Source: an archaeon
GTDB lineage: Archaea > Methanobacteriota_B > Thermococci > Methanofastidiosales > NM3
DNA: 64,000 bases
Assembly: GCA_004212155.1 (NCBI GenBank)
Contig: RXIG01000028.1
Span: forward strand, 1 to 64,000
Direction: 5' to 3'
The translations under genes were made by a program, and so were the position numbers. Below are positions 9,219 through 18,700 of the stretch, piece by piece. The notes below the pieces were generated by a model. That model was not told the DNA's origin. It searched no databases and saw only the letters and a program-made list of their open reading frames with translations. Numbering within the stretch: the first letter of the stretch is position 1; each line of letters opens with the position of its first letter.

Positions 9219-10127
9219 ATGAACGTACTAGTCGCCGCAGACATCGCCGATGAGGCCATTGCAAGATTGGAGAAACACTTTACTGTCACGAAGGCCTTCG
9301 GCCTTAATGAGAAGGAACTGATCGAGCGGGCACGGGATGCCGATGTGCTGGTCGTACGGAGCAAGCCGATGGTGACGCGCAAGGTCATCGAATCGGCAAA
9401 GCATCTGAAGATGGTCGCCCGTGCGGGCGTGGGCCTCGACAACATCGACCTCGAGGCGTGCAACGAGCATGACATACAGGTCGTCAACGCACCGAGTGCG
9501 CTCTCTGAATCTGTGGCCGAACTCGTCTTCGCGATGCTGCTCTCATTCGAGCGCAACATCGTGCGTGCGGACAACTCGCTCAAGGAGGAGAAATGGATCA
9601 AAAAGGAGCTCAAGGGTGTCGAACTGCATAAAAAGACGATCGGGATCATCGGATTTGGCCGTATCGGCTCCCATATCGCTACGATAGCCAAGGGCTTTGG
9701 CATGACCCCCATCGCATACGACGTGCACTGGGACCAGGAGATGGCCGATGAGCTCGGTGTTGAGTTCAGGGAACTCGATGCGCTCCTGTCGGAATCGGAT
9801 TATGTGACACTTCACGTGCCCCTGCTTCCCCAGACACGCGGCATGATCGCAGCCGGTGAACTGGCCAAGATGAAGGACAGTGCGATAATCATAAACACGT
9901 CACGAGGCGGCATCGTTGATGAAAAGGCACTCTATTCCGCACTCCAGGAAGGGATGATTCGCGGTGCCTGTCTCGATGTGTTCGAAAATGAACCTCCTGG
10001 TGACGATAAGCTAGTGAAACACCCCCATGTCCTTGCAACACCCCATGTTGGCGCATCGACCGAAGAGGCACAGACCAAGGCAGGGGTCATCATCGCAGAC
10101 AAGGTCATCGAAGCGCTCGTCCCGTAG
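9219..10127 (+). CDS. D-isomer specific 2-hydroxyacid dehydrogenase (SerA-like, no ACT domain)
   Basis: RAGVGLDN, GFGRIG, NTSRGG, LDVFENEP, TPHVGAST motifs. Confidence 0.93.
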   Translation: MNVLVAADIADEAIARLEKHFTVTKAFGLNEKELIERARDADVLVVRSKPMVTRKVIESAKHLKMVARAGVGLDNIDLEACNEHDIQVVNAPSALSESVAELVFAMLLSFERNIVRADNSLKEEKWIKKELKGVELHKKTIGIIGFGRIGSHIATIAKGFGMTPIAYDVHWDQEMADELGVEFRELDALLSESDYVTLHVPLLPQTRGMIAAGELAKMKDSAIIINTSRGGIVDEKALYSALQEGMIRGACLDVFENEPPGDDKLVKHPHVLATPHVGASTEEAQTKAGVIIADKVIEALVP

Positions 10128-10143
10128 TGCCCATTTCCTCATA

Positions 10144-10323
10144 TCATTTTTTGAGCCATATGGCGATGATCTTGTGTATCGAAACGTGGGTGTAGCGATC
10201 GTCCTTGAGCAGTGTCAGCACATCGTCTGCCACGGCCTCGACCTTGCCGTCAAACGTATCGGGCCCTCCGCAATAGACGTCCACTTCCTTTTCAAGGAAA
10301 TGCTCCACGATAAACGATTGCAT
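10144..10323 (-). CDS. Small Sm-like beta protein (MM0924-like family)
   Basis: 59 aa MQSFIVEHF...HKIIAIW with an upstream GGAGGTGA RBS. Confidence 0.7.
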   Translation of the reverse strand: MQSFIVEHFLEKEVDVYCGGPDTFDGKVEAVADDVLTLLKDDRYTHVSIHKIIAIWLKK

Positions 10324-10461
10324 GCCGTTCATGGCATCACCTCCATACTATATGCTCATTAAACCTATTTATACATGACTTTGGCTAGTCAGTCCATCCA
10401 CATCCCCGCCTCGCCCCTTGTGGGAAACGTTTATAAACGCATATTCTCTCACTTCACTCAC

Positions 10462-10516
10462 ACTCCGTGGGATGTAGCAGCGTGCGTGACGTTCGTCATG
10501 CCGACTGAACCAAAAG
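10462..10516 (+). promoter_or_regulatory. Putative eL15 ribosomal protein leader RNA
   Basis: Lies between a TATA box (~10428) and the rpl15e RBS. Hairpin GCGTGAC-GTTC-GTCATGC flanked by GGGATGTAGCAG and CTGAACC. Confidence 0.55.
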
Positions 10517-10528
10517 GAGGAAACGAAC

Positions 10529-11113
10529 ATGGGTTATTACCGTTATGTGAAGGAAGCTTGGAAGAACCCCAAAAAGGGGTATCTGCGAGACTTGATGAGA
10601 GAACGATTGCCCGCCTGGAACAAGGAGAACACAATCGTGCGCGTCGAACGTCCAACGAGGATCGACCGTGCACGTTCGCTTGGGTACCGGGCGAAGCAGG
10701 GCTACGTCGTGACGCGAGTGCGCATCAGGCGCGGCGGAAGGAGAAAGTCGCGTCCCGAGGCCAGGAGGAGGCCGAAGCGATTCGGTGTCAAGCGTTTCTC
10801 TCCGAAAAAGAGCATTCAACTTATTGCTGAAGAGCGTGTACAGAGACGATTCCCAAACCTCGAGGTACTCAACTCGTACTGGGTAGGAGAGACGGGGCAG
10901 CACAAGTACTACGAGGTCATACTCGTGGACCCGTTCCATCCTGTCATCATGGCAGATCCACGCATCAACTGGATCTGTGAGCGCCAGCACACCCGACGTG
11001 TGTTCAGAGGGAAGACCTCAAGCGGTGCGCGTGGCCGCGGTCTTAGGACGAAGGGCCTCGGTGCTGAGAAGGTGCGCCCCTCGCTGCGATCACACCACAA
11101 CAGAGGTAATTAG
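10529..11113 (+). CDS. rpl15e: 50S ribosomal protein L15e
   Basis: RPTRIDRARSLGYRAKQG and LEVLNSYWVG motifs. Confidence 0.98.
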   Translation: MGYYRYVKEAWKNPKKGYLRDLMRERLPAWNKENTIVRVERPTRIDRARSLGYRAKQGYVVTRVRIRRGGRRKSRPEARRRPKRFGVKRFSPKKSIQLIAEERVQRRFPNLEVLNSYWVGETGQHKYYEVILVDPFHPVIMADPRINWICERQHTRRVFRGKTSSGARGRGLRTKGLGAEKVRPSLRSHHNRGN

Positions 11114-11124
11114 GGCGAACATCT

Positions 11125-11565
11125 GTGAAAGGCGTAGTCGATCACATATCCCTTGAGACTTCGGTCCATGCCACCGAGTCGAAGGAGAAGGTCTATGCGG
11201 CTCTCGGACACCTTGGCATTCCGCCAGAACGGTGGTCTGAACAGCGCGCCATGGGCCATCACGGGAATGCGATCGTCATTCTCAGCGCACGCGTGGAAAG
11301 CACGGAGGAGATCCGGTCATTTCTGGGGTCTCCTTTCATACTTTCTCTTTCCGACGTCATCATCGATACCCTTCCAGAGCGTGTCGATGACAAGGGGCAC
11401 GTCTACATACGCGCTGACAAGCAAGACCTTTTCCAGGGTATCTACTCCTTGCAGGACCGGGGGGACGTGAGGGTGGTGCTAAAGATAATATCATATCCCC
11501 AAAAACGCGAGAAAGTGATACGATATGCAACACATATACTCCGCGGTGGACATGAGGGGGATTAG
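11125..11565 (+). CDS. DUF54 RNA-binding protein
   Basis: VHATES.EKV, GHHGNAI, IRADKQ motifs; canonical position in the superoperon. Confidence 0.88.
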   Translation: MKGVVDHISLETSVHATESKEKVYAALGHLGIPPERWSEQRAMGHHGNAIVILSARVESTEEIRSFLGSPFILSLSDVIIDTLPERVDDKGHVYIRADKQDLFQGIYSLQDRGDVRVVLKIISYPQKREKVIRYATHILRGGHEGD

Positions 11566-12079
11566 GAACGATTATTTTAAGACGGTGGTGAGCACCGAAC
11601 CGAACATGGGGGATTATCTCGCCCTCGAGCTCACTCCCGAGACATTTTCCAACAGGCGTTCGCGCATCAGGGAGGCCAATCCCGATATCGTCTATGCCCA
11701 AGGGAAGGACCTCTCCTTCAACAGGCAGGTGCTCGAGTCGCCCGAGATCGATGTCCTGAGCAGACCCTACCCCATAGACGATACGCTTGCTCGCCTCGCC
11801 TCGCGAAACGGCACGGCGTTCGAGATATGCGTGGCACCGCTGCGTTCCATGCGCGGATATGTGCGCGCCCGACATTTCCAATCACTCATGAAGACGATCG
11901 AACTTGCTTTGCGCAGGGACGTCGACATCGTCATAACCTCAGGAGCGTCCTCACCCATGGACGTCTTCACGCCCCGGGAGCTGGTGGCGTTTGGTGTCGT
12001 GCTCGGCATGGACTATCCACAGGCCAAGGCGTCCGTGACGGCGATCCCCCGGGCCGTGCTGGGAGTTGATAGCCGATGA
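11552..12079 (+). CDS. rnp3: Ribonuclease P protein Rpp30
   Basis: NRQVLE, LARLA, ITSGA...PREL motifs; synteny. Confidence 0.85.
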   Translation: MRGIRNDYFKTVVSTEPNMGDYLALELTPETFSNRRSRIREANPDIVYAQGKDLSFNRQVLESPEIDVLSRPYPIDDTLARLASRNGTAFEICVAPLRSMRGYVRARHFQSLMKTIELALRRDVDIVITSGASSPMDVFTPRELVAFGVVLGMDYPQAKASVTAIPRAVLGVDSR

Positions 12080-12426
12080 AGTACCGCATCCCCAAGTCGA
12101 TGAGGGATAAGAAGCGCTACCTCAAGGTGCGCCTTATCGCCGAAACAACGTTCACGCAGGACGAGGTGCGCCACGCGCTCTGGGGGTCCCTTTTGCAGCT
12201 CGTTGGCGACCTGGGGGCCTCCAGGACCCAGACATGGGTATCGTCGTGGGAGGAGGAGCCAGGGGAGGGGTATGTCCGATGTGCGATCCCTGCGGTCGAC
12301 ACGGTCATCGTTGCCCTCAAGCTCATCACGGAGATGCGCAAGTCGCACGTCACTTTCGTCATCGAGGGCGTATCCGGCACCATAAAGTCGCTTCGCAACG
12401 CCCCGGATGGCGCGAAAATCAAGTAA
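12076..12426 (+). CDS. rnp2: Ribonuclease P protein Pop5
   Basis: RDKKRYL and GVSGTIK motifs. Confidence 0.92.
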   Translation: MKYRIPKSMRDKKRYLKVRLIAETTFTQDEVRHALWGSLLQLVGDLGASRTQTWVSSWEEEPGEGYVRCAIPAVDTVIVALKLITEMRKSHVTFVIEGVSGTIKSLRNAPDGAKIK

Positions 12427-12548
12427 ATTTAAAAAGGACATATAAAAATATTAGAAGAGAACGTATATATGAAATGGATTAAAGGGCATATGGCCTGATG
12501 CCATTCTTTTGTGCGTGACAAGGACCCGTACGGGAAGGAAGTGATTAT

Positions 12549-13244
12549 GTGGTCTCCATTGATGATGCCATCATTGCGCGATTGAAGACACATGGTGAAA
12601 AGTTCGAGGTGTTGGTCGACCCCTACAAGGCGCGTAAGATAAAACAGGGGGAGGAAGAGGAAGACTTCCTCGCATCGCCATTCATCTACACCGACGTGGG
12701 AGCGGCCGACAAGGCCTCCGAGGACCTTTTGCAGAAGGTCTTTGGCACCGACGTGGTCGAGGACATAGCCGTGCGCATCATCCGAAAGGGCGAGGTCCAC
12801 CTCACTGCGGAGCAGCGCAAGGAGATCTTGGAGGAGAAGAAGAAAAAGATATTGACACATATCTCCCGCCATGCCGTCGACCCGAAGTCGGGACTGCCCC
12901 ACCCCTATGTGCGCATCGAGAATGCGTTTGAAAAGGCCAATATCCACATCGACCTCTTCAAGTCGTCCGAGAAACAGATCGACGAGGTCATCAAGGCACT
13001 GCGGCCGATACTGCCCCTGCGATTCGAGATGCGGTCGATAGCCGTGAAGATCCCATCAGAGTATACGGGCAAGGCTTACGGCGTCTTCACCGAGTTCGGC
13101 ACCCTGCGGAAGGAAGAATGGGGAAAGGACGGGACACTCTATGTCCTGATCGAGATGCCGGCAGGTATGCAGACGGAGTTCTACGACCGCATCAACGCCC
13201 TCACGAAGGGCGATGTGGAAATCAAGATAATCGATAAGAGTTGA
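12549..13244 (+). CDS. Ribosome maturation factor SBDS/SDO1
   Basis: GEKFEVLVDP, LTAEQR, PHP..RIE motifs. Confidence 0.96.
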   Translation: MVSIDDAIIARLKTHGEKFEVLVDPYKARKIKQGEEEEDFLASPFIYTDVGAADKASEDLLQKVFGTDVVEDIAVRIIRKGEVHLTAEQRKEILEEKKKKILTHISRHAVDPKSGLPHPYVRIENAFEKANIHIDLFKSSEKQIDEVIKALRPILPLRFEMRSIAVKIPSEYTGKAYGVFTEFGTLRKEEWGKDGTLYVLIEMPAGMQTEFYDRINALTKGDVEIKIIDKS

Positions 13245-13248
13245 TCAC

Positions 13249-13941
13249 ATGGAATGTGTAGTAAACGAGCGAGAACTGGTGACGCCAGGAACGTTGGTCG
13301 CCACGGGGAAGTGGAATCTTTCAGGTGGCGTGGTTCGCGAGGGCGATGAGGTCTTTTCGACAGTCCTTGGCCTCTTCTACCATGAGGATGAACGAAAGAC
13401 GGTGCGTGTGGTGCCGCTCGAGGGCAAGTACGTTCCCAAGGCAGGAGACAGCGTCATCGGGAAGATCGTCAAGGTGTTGCCTGGCAAGTGGCTTGTCGAC
13501 ATCAATTCAGCGTATATAGCATCACTGGAACCGAGGAATGCGATCCATGACAGGATCGAGGACCTCTCTCGCGTCTACGACGTGGGCGACCTCATCTTCG
13601 CCAAGGTCGATTATGTGAATGAGATCTACGACGCGACGCTCTTTACCAAGGCGTCGCCCTACGGAAAGCTCAGGGGAGGGTCGATCTTTGAATTGCGGCC
13701 CACCAGGGTGCCGCGGCTCATCGGCAAGAAGGGGTCGATGATCTACATGATAAAGCAAACGACACGAACGAAGATTCTTGTCGGCCAGAATGGACTTGTT
13801 TGGGTGAAGGGCAGGAAGGAGATGGAAGACATCGTTGAGAAGGCTATCGACATCATCAACAGAGAGGCGCACACCTCCGGCCTGACCGACAGGATCAAGG
13901 AGTTCCTCGAGACGGAACGCGAAGAGATATCAAAGTCATAG
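13249..13941 (+). CDS. rrp4: Exosome RNA-binding protein Rrp4
   Basis: S1 plus KH domains; VPRLIGKKGSM, GQNG, AHTSGLT. Confidence 0.96.
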   Translation: MECVVNERELVTPGTLVATGKWNLSGGVVREGDEVFSTVLGLFYHEDERKTVRVVPLEGKYVPKAGDSVIGKIVKVLPGKWLVDINSAYIASLEPRNAIHDRIEDLSRVYDVGDLIFAKVDYVNEIYDATLFTKASPYGKLRGGSIFELRPTRVPRLIGKKGSMIYMIKQTTRTKILVGQNGLVWVKGRKEMEDIVEKAIDIINREAHTSGLTDRIKEFLETEREEISKS

Positions 13942-13951
13942 GTGATAACGA

Positions 13952-14632
13952 ATGGAACGTTGTGATGGAAGAAAAAATGATGAATTAAGAGACGTGCACA
14001 TGGAAGTCGGCGTATTGAAGCGTGCCGACGGCTCATCATACGTCGAATGGGGCAACAACAAGGTGTTTGCCTCCGTGTACGGGCCAAAGGAGGTCATTCC
14101 GCGATTCCTTGCACGAAATGACAAGGCTATCCTGCGGTGCAAGTACAACATGACCCCCTTTTCGGTCGAGGACCGCAAGCGTCCCGGACCGGACAGGAGA
14201 TCGATCGAGATAGGAAAGGTCACCTCAGGCGCGCTGGAACCCGCCATCCTCGTGGAGGACTACCCGAACTCGATGATCGAGATAGCTATCGAGATCATGC
14301 AGGCGGATGCGGGAACGCGCTGTGCTGGCATCACCGCTGCAACGCTCGCCCTCGTCGACGCCGGCATCCCCATGCGCGACCTCGTTGCCGCATGTGCTGC
14401 CGGAAAGAGCAATGATGAGATTGTGCTCGACCTCTGCAAGGAGGAGGACAACTCGGGTCAGGCTGACGTCCCCATTGCCATCATGCCACGCAGTGACGAT
14501 GTGACGCTCCTTCAGATGGACGGCATTCTTACCGAGGACGAGGTCGAGGAGGCGCTCAAGCTGGCGATGAGCGGATGCAAGAAGATCTACGAGATGCAAA
14601 AGAAGGCCTTGAAGGTCAAGTATGGTGGTTAA
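13952..14632 (+). CDS. rrp41: Exosome exonuclease Rrp41
   Basis: RNase PH fold; DRRSIE and QADAGTR motifs. Confidence 0.97.
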   Translation: MERCDGRKNDELRDVHMEVGVLKRADGSSYVEWGNNKVFASVYGPKEVIPRFLARNDKAILRCKYNMTPFSVEDRKRPGPDRRSIEIGKVTSGALEPAILVEDYPNSMIEIAIEIMQADAGTRCAGITAATLALVDAGIPMRDLVAACAAGKSNDEIVLDLCKEEDNSGQADVPIAIMPRSDDVTLLQMDGILTEDEVEEALKLAMSGCKKIYEMQKKALKVKYGG

Positions 14633-15434
14633 AATGATGGAATCAATCGCAAACATCAAGCGACAGTATATCGTTGACCTCGCGGCAGAGGGCAAGAGGG
14701 CTGACGGACGGAACTTCGATCAGTATCGCGACATCAAGATCATCCCGAACTACCTCATGAAGGCAGAAGGCTCTGCATATGTCGAGATTGGCGACACGAA
14801 GGTCATCGTTGGCGTCAAGTACGATGTTGGCACGCCGTTCCCGGACATCCCCAATCAAGGTGTCATGACGACGTCTGCGGAGTTTGCCCCCATGGCGTCA
14901 CCCGACTTCGAGGCGGGACCGCCCGGTGAGGACGCCATCGAACTCGCGCGCGTTGTCGACCGCGGCATCCGCGAATCCAACGCCATTGACACCGACAAGC
15001 TCTGCATCATCCCCGGCGAGAAGGTCATGATCGTCTTCGTCGACATCCAGATCCTCGACCAGGACGGCAACCTCATCGATGCGTGCGGCATCGCCGCGAT
15101 AACGGCGCTTCTCACCGCGAAGATGCGCGTCTACGACGAGGAGGGCAACCCCACCGAGGAGTTCGTCCCGCTGCCCGTTAACAAGACGCCGGTGCCGTGC
15201 ACGATGGCAAAGATCGGAAAGAGCATCCTTCTCGACCCCCAGATGGACGAGGAGATGGTGCTCGATTCGCGCATCACCGTCACCACCGATGAGGGGGGCA
15301 ACGTCGTTGCCATGCAGAAAGGAATGGCCGGAAGCTTTAAATTGGAGGAGATTATGGAAGCTGTAGCCATCTCCAAACGAGAGGGCCAGAAAAATCGCGA
15401 GAAGATACAAAAAGCAATCAGTGAGAGTGAGTGA
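14622..15434 (+). CDS. rrp42: Exosome protein Rrp42
   Basis: [13 protein letters not shown] and DGNLIDA motifs. Confidence 0.97.
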   Translation: MVVKMMESIANIKRQYIVDLAAEGKRADGRNFDQYRDIKIIPNYLMKAEGSAYVEIGDTKVIVGVKYDVGTPFPDIPNQGVMTTSAEFAPMASPDFEAGPPGEDAIELARVVDRGIRESNAIDTDKLCIIPGEKVMIVFVDIQILDQDGNLIDACGIAAITALLTAKMRVYDEEGNPTEEFVPLPVNKTPVPCTMAKIGKSILLDPQMDEEMVLDSRITVTTDEGGNVVAMQKGMAGSFKLEEIMEAVAISKREGQKNREKIQKAISESE

Positions 15435-15436
15435 TC

Positions 15437-15700
15437 ATGGCACAGGGCATTGGACGTTTCGGAAGCAGGTACGGCAGGAAGACCCGCAAGAGGGTCGATG
15501 CCATTGAGAAGAGGATGAATCAGGATCACGTCTGTCCCTCCTGCGGAAGGAAGGCTGTCCGACGACAGGGCACCGCCATATGGGCGTGCCGGAAGTGTGG
15601 AGCAAAGTTTGCCGGCGGGGCCTACGTGCCTCAGACCCCCTCGGGCAGGACGGCACGAAGGGTGATCTCCGGCCTGGCTTCAGAGGGAGAGAAAGAATGA
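15437..15700 (+). CDS. rpl37ae: 50S ribosomal protein L37Ae (eL43)
   Basis: [12 protein letters not shown]...CRKC, AGGAY motifs. Confidence 0.97.
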   Translation: MAQGIGRFGSRYGRKTRKRVDAIEKRMNQDHVCPSCGRKAVRRQGTAIWACRKCGAKFAGGAYVPQTPSGRTARRVISGLASEGEKE

Positions 15701-15873
15701 ACGAAGAAGGAGAGCGAGACCTCAAGGTCTACAAGTGCATCAACAAGGAATGCAAGGCAGAGCTGAGCATGAACGACCTCGACAACGTACAGGGCATCAA
15801 ATGCCCATTTTGCGGCGGCCGCATCCTCGTGAAGATGCGGCCGAAAGAGGCCAAGCGTGTCGGTTGTGAGTGA
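15697..15873 (+). CDS. rpoP: RNA polymerase subunit P (Rpo12)
   Basis: YKC...C...[14 protein letters not shown]; synteny. Confidence 0.92.
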   Translation: MNEEGERDLKVYKCINKECKAELSMNDLDNVQGIKCPFCGGRILVKMRPKEAKRVGCE

Positions 15874-16391
15874 TGCTCTTCACTACTTCTCGAAGAACGA
15901 GCCAGCGTACCCGGACGTTTTGCCGGGAGCTGGCCTCCGTCTTCCCACTTTCCGAGTATGTCGTACGTGGAAAGAAAAGCGTACGGGAGCTTTGTTCCCA
16001 GGCGTTGCATAGTGGCCATGAAAGGATCATCATCATCGAGAACAAGGATGGCAATCCATCCTCGCTCCTGGTGCTCGATCCTGCAAATCCCCTCGAATGG
16101 CGCCATATTCTTCCTATCTCGGTGAAGACGAGAAAGGACATGGGCCTCAAGGTGCATGTGCGGACATATCCGGAGGACGTGCCGGTAGTGGTCTCGGGCG
16201 ACACCGGTCTTGAGCCGAAGGTGGCCGAGGTCTTCGGTTGCACGCCGAATGCACGAAGCGACGTGGCCATCACACTGTCCACAGACGACAGTTCGTGCTG
16301 GATCCATTTTTACCGGCGGGACGTATCGGACGACGAGGTCGGCCCCGCCATACGGGTGAGACACCATGAGGATGACAATAGACCTTCATGA
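15870..16391 (+). CDS. Brix/Imp4-like ribosome biogenesis protein
   Basis: TTSRRTSQRTRTF, RGKKS, DGNP motifs. Confidence 0.88.
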   Translation: MMLFTTSRRTSQRTRTFCRELASVFPLSEYVVRGKKSVRELCSQALHSGHERIIIIENKDGNPSSLLVLDPANPLEWRHILPISVKTRKDMGLKVHVRTYPEDVPVVVSGDTGLEPKVAEVFGCTPNARSDVAITLSTDDSSCWIHFYRRDVSDDEVGPAIRVRHHEDDNRPS

Positions 16392-16599
16392 CAGCGAGGC
16401 ACAGCATTTCTACGAGGCGCTCCTTCCCGAGATCGCTTCGGTGCCCTACAAGAAGACACGCTCGCACATCTCGATCAATGGCGATCGGGTACGCATCGAG
16501 GTCGCGGGCACCGACATCGCGGCGCTTCGGGGCACGTTCAACTCGTATTTGAACTGGATAAAGGCTATTGATGACAATCTGAGGCTTTCTCGCCCATAA
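16366..16599 (+). CDS. pcc1: KEOPS complex subunit Pcc1
   Basis: ALLPE and DIAALRGTFNSYLNW motifs. Confidence 0.9.
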   Translation: MRMTIDLHDSEAQHFYEALLPEIASVPYKKTRSHISINGDRVRIEVAGTDIAALRGTFNSYLNWIKAIDDNLRLSRP

Positions 16600-16636
16600 C
16601 AAAAACCTTTATTAACAATTCCGTGAATGGGTGCAT

Positions 16637-16882
16637 ATGGACCCTATCGACCTTCTTGCCCGCATCGTCGCGGTCATGTTCGAGATCGCACAGGTCATCG
16701 CCAACGAGATTTCGCAGGCAAGCAAGGGCATCATCCCCCCCCAGGCGGTGGGGGTCTTCAGCGTGTTCATACTCCTCATTCTCGTACGACTCGGATTCGA
16801 CTTCACGAAAAAGATCGTCGACGTCCTTCTGGTCATATTTGGCATCTACCTCATACTGGCCGTCCTTCCCAACTTCCTGTGA
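16637..16882 (+). CDS. Small membrane protein, unknown function
   Basis: Two hydrophobic helices; own TATA-like box (~16608); abuts mtaB. Confidence 0.7.
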   Translation: MDPIDLLARIVAVMFEIAQVIANEISQASKGIIPPQAVGVFSVFILLILVRLGFDFTKKIVDVLLVIFGIYLILAVLPNFL

Positions 16883-16886
16883 CGTG

Positions 16887-18125
16887 ATGGCAATGATATA
16901 TATCAAGACCTACGGGTGCACGCTCAACCAAAGCGACAGTCAGACGATGGAATATCATCTCCGCGACAGGCTCGTTTCCTCGATCGATGAAGCCGATATC
17001 GTGATCTTCAATACGTGCGGTGTCAAAGGGCAGACCGAACACAAGATCGTCAAGGAGATAGCTGCTGCTATCGACACGAAGAAGGTCATCGTTGCGGGAT
17101 GCCTGCCGCTCATCAACGAGGGCGTACTGCCCGAGGGCGTGCGAGCAGTCATCGGTCCCGACCAGGTGTCGCGGATCGGTGAGATAGTCGATGCCGTCGA
17201 GGCGGGCACGTTCGTGCGCGATGTCGAGCTTGATACGGCCACGCCGTGCATCCGCCCGCAGCTCAGACACGGCGTCAGCGCCATCATACCCATCTCGCTC
17301 GGATGCATGGGCGCATGCAGCTACTGTGCCACGCGATTCGCGCGCGGCACGCTTCGCAGCTTCGAGAAGGAAGGCATCGTCTCAACCATCGCCTCGCTTC
17401 TTGAGGATGGCCACAAGGAGTTCCTCCTCACCTCGCAGGACACAGGCTGCTATGGCCTTGATCTTAACACTACGCTTCCCGAGCTGCTAAACTCGATAAC
17501 GGAGCTCGAAGGGGACTTCAGGGTGCGCGTCGGGATGATGAATCCTAACCATGCGCACGGGATGCTCGATGACCTTGTGGAAGCGTTCGATGATGAGCGC
17601 ATCTACTCGTTTTTGCATCTCCCCGTGCAGTCGGGCTCCGACCGCGTCCTCGAGGCGATGAACAGGCAGTATACGGCCGAGGTCTTCCACAATGTCGTCG
17701 ATGCGTTCAGGCAGCGATTCCACGACCTCTATCTCGCCACCGACATCATCGTCGGATTCCCAGGGGAGACGGAGGAGGACTTCGCCCGTTCGCTTGACCT
17801 CGTCTATCGCAGTTCACCCGACAAGGTCAACATCACGCGCTACTCGTCGCGGCCGGGCACCGAGGCCGCCGGGATGAAACAGTTTCCCGACAGGATCAAA
17901 AAGGACCGCTCGCGTATCCTGTCGCGCGAGGTACACAAACGTTCGCATGCTATCAATCGGCGTTATGTGGGAACCAACGTACGGGCGCTTGTCGTAGAAG
18001 AGGGAAAGAAGGGTCGGACCGTGGGGCGTCTTGACAATTATAAGCCCGTCATCTGCGATGGGCCGGTGGGGGCGTTTGTCAACCTCACTATCCAGGATGC
18101 GACGCCCACCTACCTCATTGCATGA
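16887..18125 (+). CDS. mtaB: tRNA t6A37 methylthiotransferase (archaeal MtaB-type radical SAM)
   Basis: TYGCTLN, NTC, AGC, CMGACSYC, HLPVQSGS and a TRAM domain. Start trimmed from the 16623 ORF. Confidence 0.93.
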   Translation: MAMIYIKTYGCTLNQSDSQTMEYHLRDRLVSSIDEADIVIFNTCGVKGQTEHKIVKEIAAAIDTKKVIVAGCLPLINEGVLPEGVRAVIGPDQVSRIGEIVDAVEAGTFVRDVELDTATPCIRPQLRHGVSAIIPISLGCMGACSYCATRFARGTLRSFEKEGIVSTIASLLEDGHKEFLLTSQDTGCYGLDLNTTLPELLNSITELEGDFRVRVGMMNPNHAHGMLDDLVEAFDDERIYSFLHLPVQSGSDRVLEAMNRQYTAEVFHNVVDAFRQRFHDLYLATDIIVGFPGETEEDFARSLDLVYRSSPDKVNITRYSSRPGTEAAGMKQFPDRIKKDRSRILSREVHKRSHAINRRYVGTNVRALVVEEGKKGRTVGRLDNYKPVICDGPVGAFVNLTIQDATPTYLIA

Positions 18126-18130
18126 GCTGG

Positions 18131-18388
18131 TCACTTTCGCAGGATGACAAGTACCATCGATATGAGGATGATCGTGGACGAGTAGAGCATGATCGACGAT
18201 GCCTCTGCAGCGAGATTGAGCGTCTTTAACACCGATACCGTTACGTATGACGTTGTGGTGTTGAAGCTGAGCGCAAATAAAAAGCATCCTATGAGCAGAA
18301 GGGCATGGGCTATATAGAGTCGCTGAACCGTGTGCCGTGCCGCCATCATGTGGTAGTCTATCTTGTATCGCAGCGGGCCGTATCTCAT
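18131..18388 (-). CDS. Small membrane protein, unknown function
   Basis: Two hydrophobic segments; directly downstream of the histone gene. Confidence 0.55.
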   Translation of the reverse strand: MRYGPLRYKIDYHMMAARHTVQRLYIAHALLLIGCFLFALSFNTTTSYVTVSVLKTLNLAAEASSIMLYSSTIILISMVLVILRK

Positions 18389-18398
18389 CTTATCACGT

Positions 18399-18599
18399 TT
18401 ACTGTTCGAGTACCATTCGTATGTCTTCGCGCTTTACCGTCTTTCTACCTGCATGTTCGGCAAGCTCGACCGCTTCCTTTGCGATCTCAACGCCTTCGTC
18501 CTCTAACACTTGTGCAAGACGTAGGGCGGCCTCGCTGGAGACTCGCGCCGCGCCCGCCTTCCTAATGATCTTGTCAATAGATGCTTTGGCTAGAATCAT
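18399..18599 (-). CDS. Archaeal histone (HMfA/B family)
   Basis: AGAARVS...AEHAGRKTVKREDI; GGTGA RBS. Confidence 0.96.
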   Translation of the reverse strand: MILAKASIDKIIRKAGAARVSSEAALRLAQVLEDEGVEIAKEAVELAEHAGRKTVKREDIRMVLEQ

Positions 18600-18700
18600 A
18601 ACTTCACCAAAGAGACTTTCGCTTATAAACATTTAAATTTTCCGGTTATTTATTAGTTTTTTTAAAAAAATAAATTTATATTATATAGTAAAATACATAT

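Noticed and set aside
16623-16886. Ser/Arg-rich N-terminal extension of MtaB
   Set aside because: It is an off-frame reading of the small membrane gene 16637-16882.
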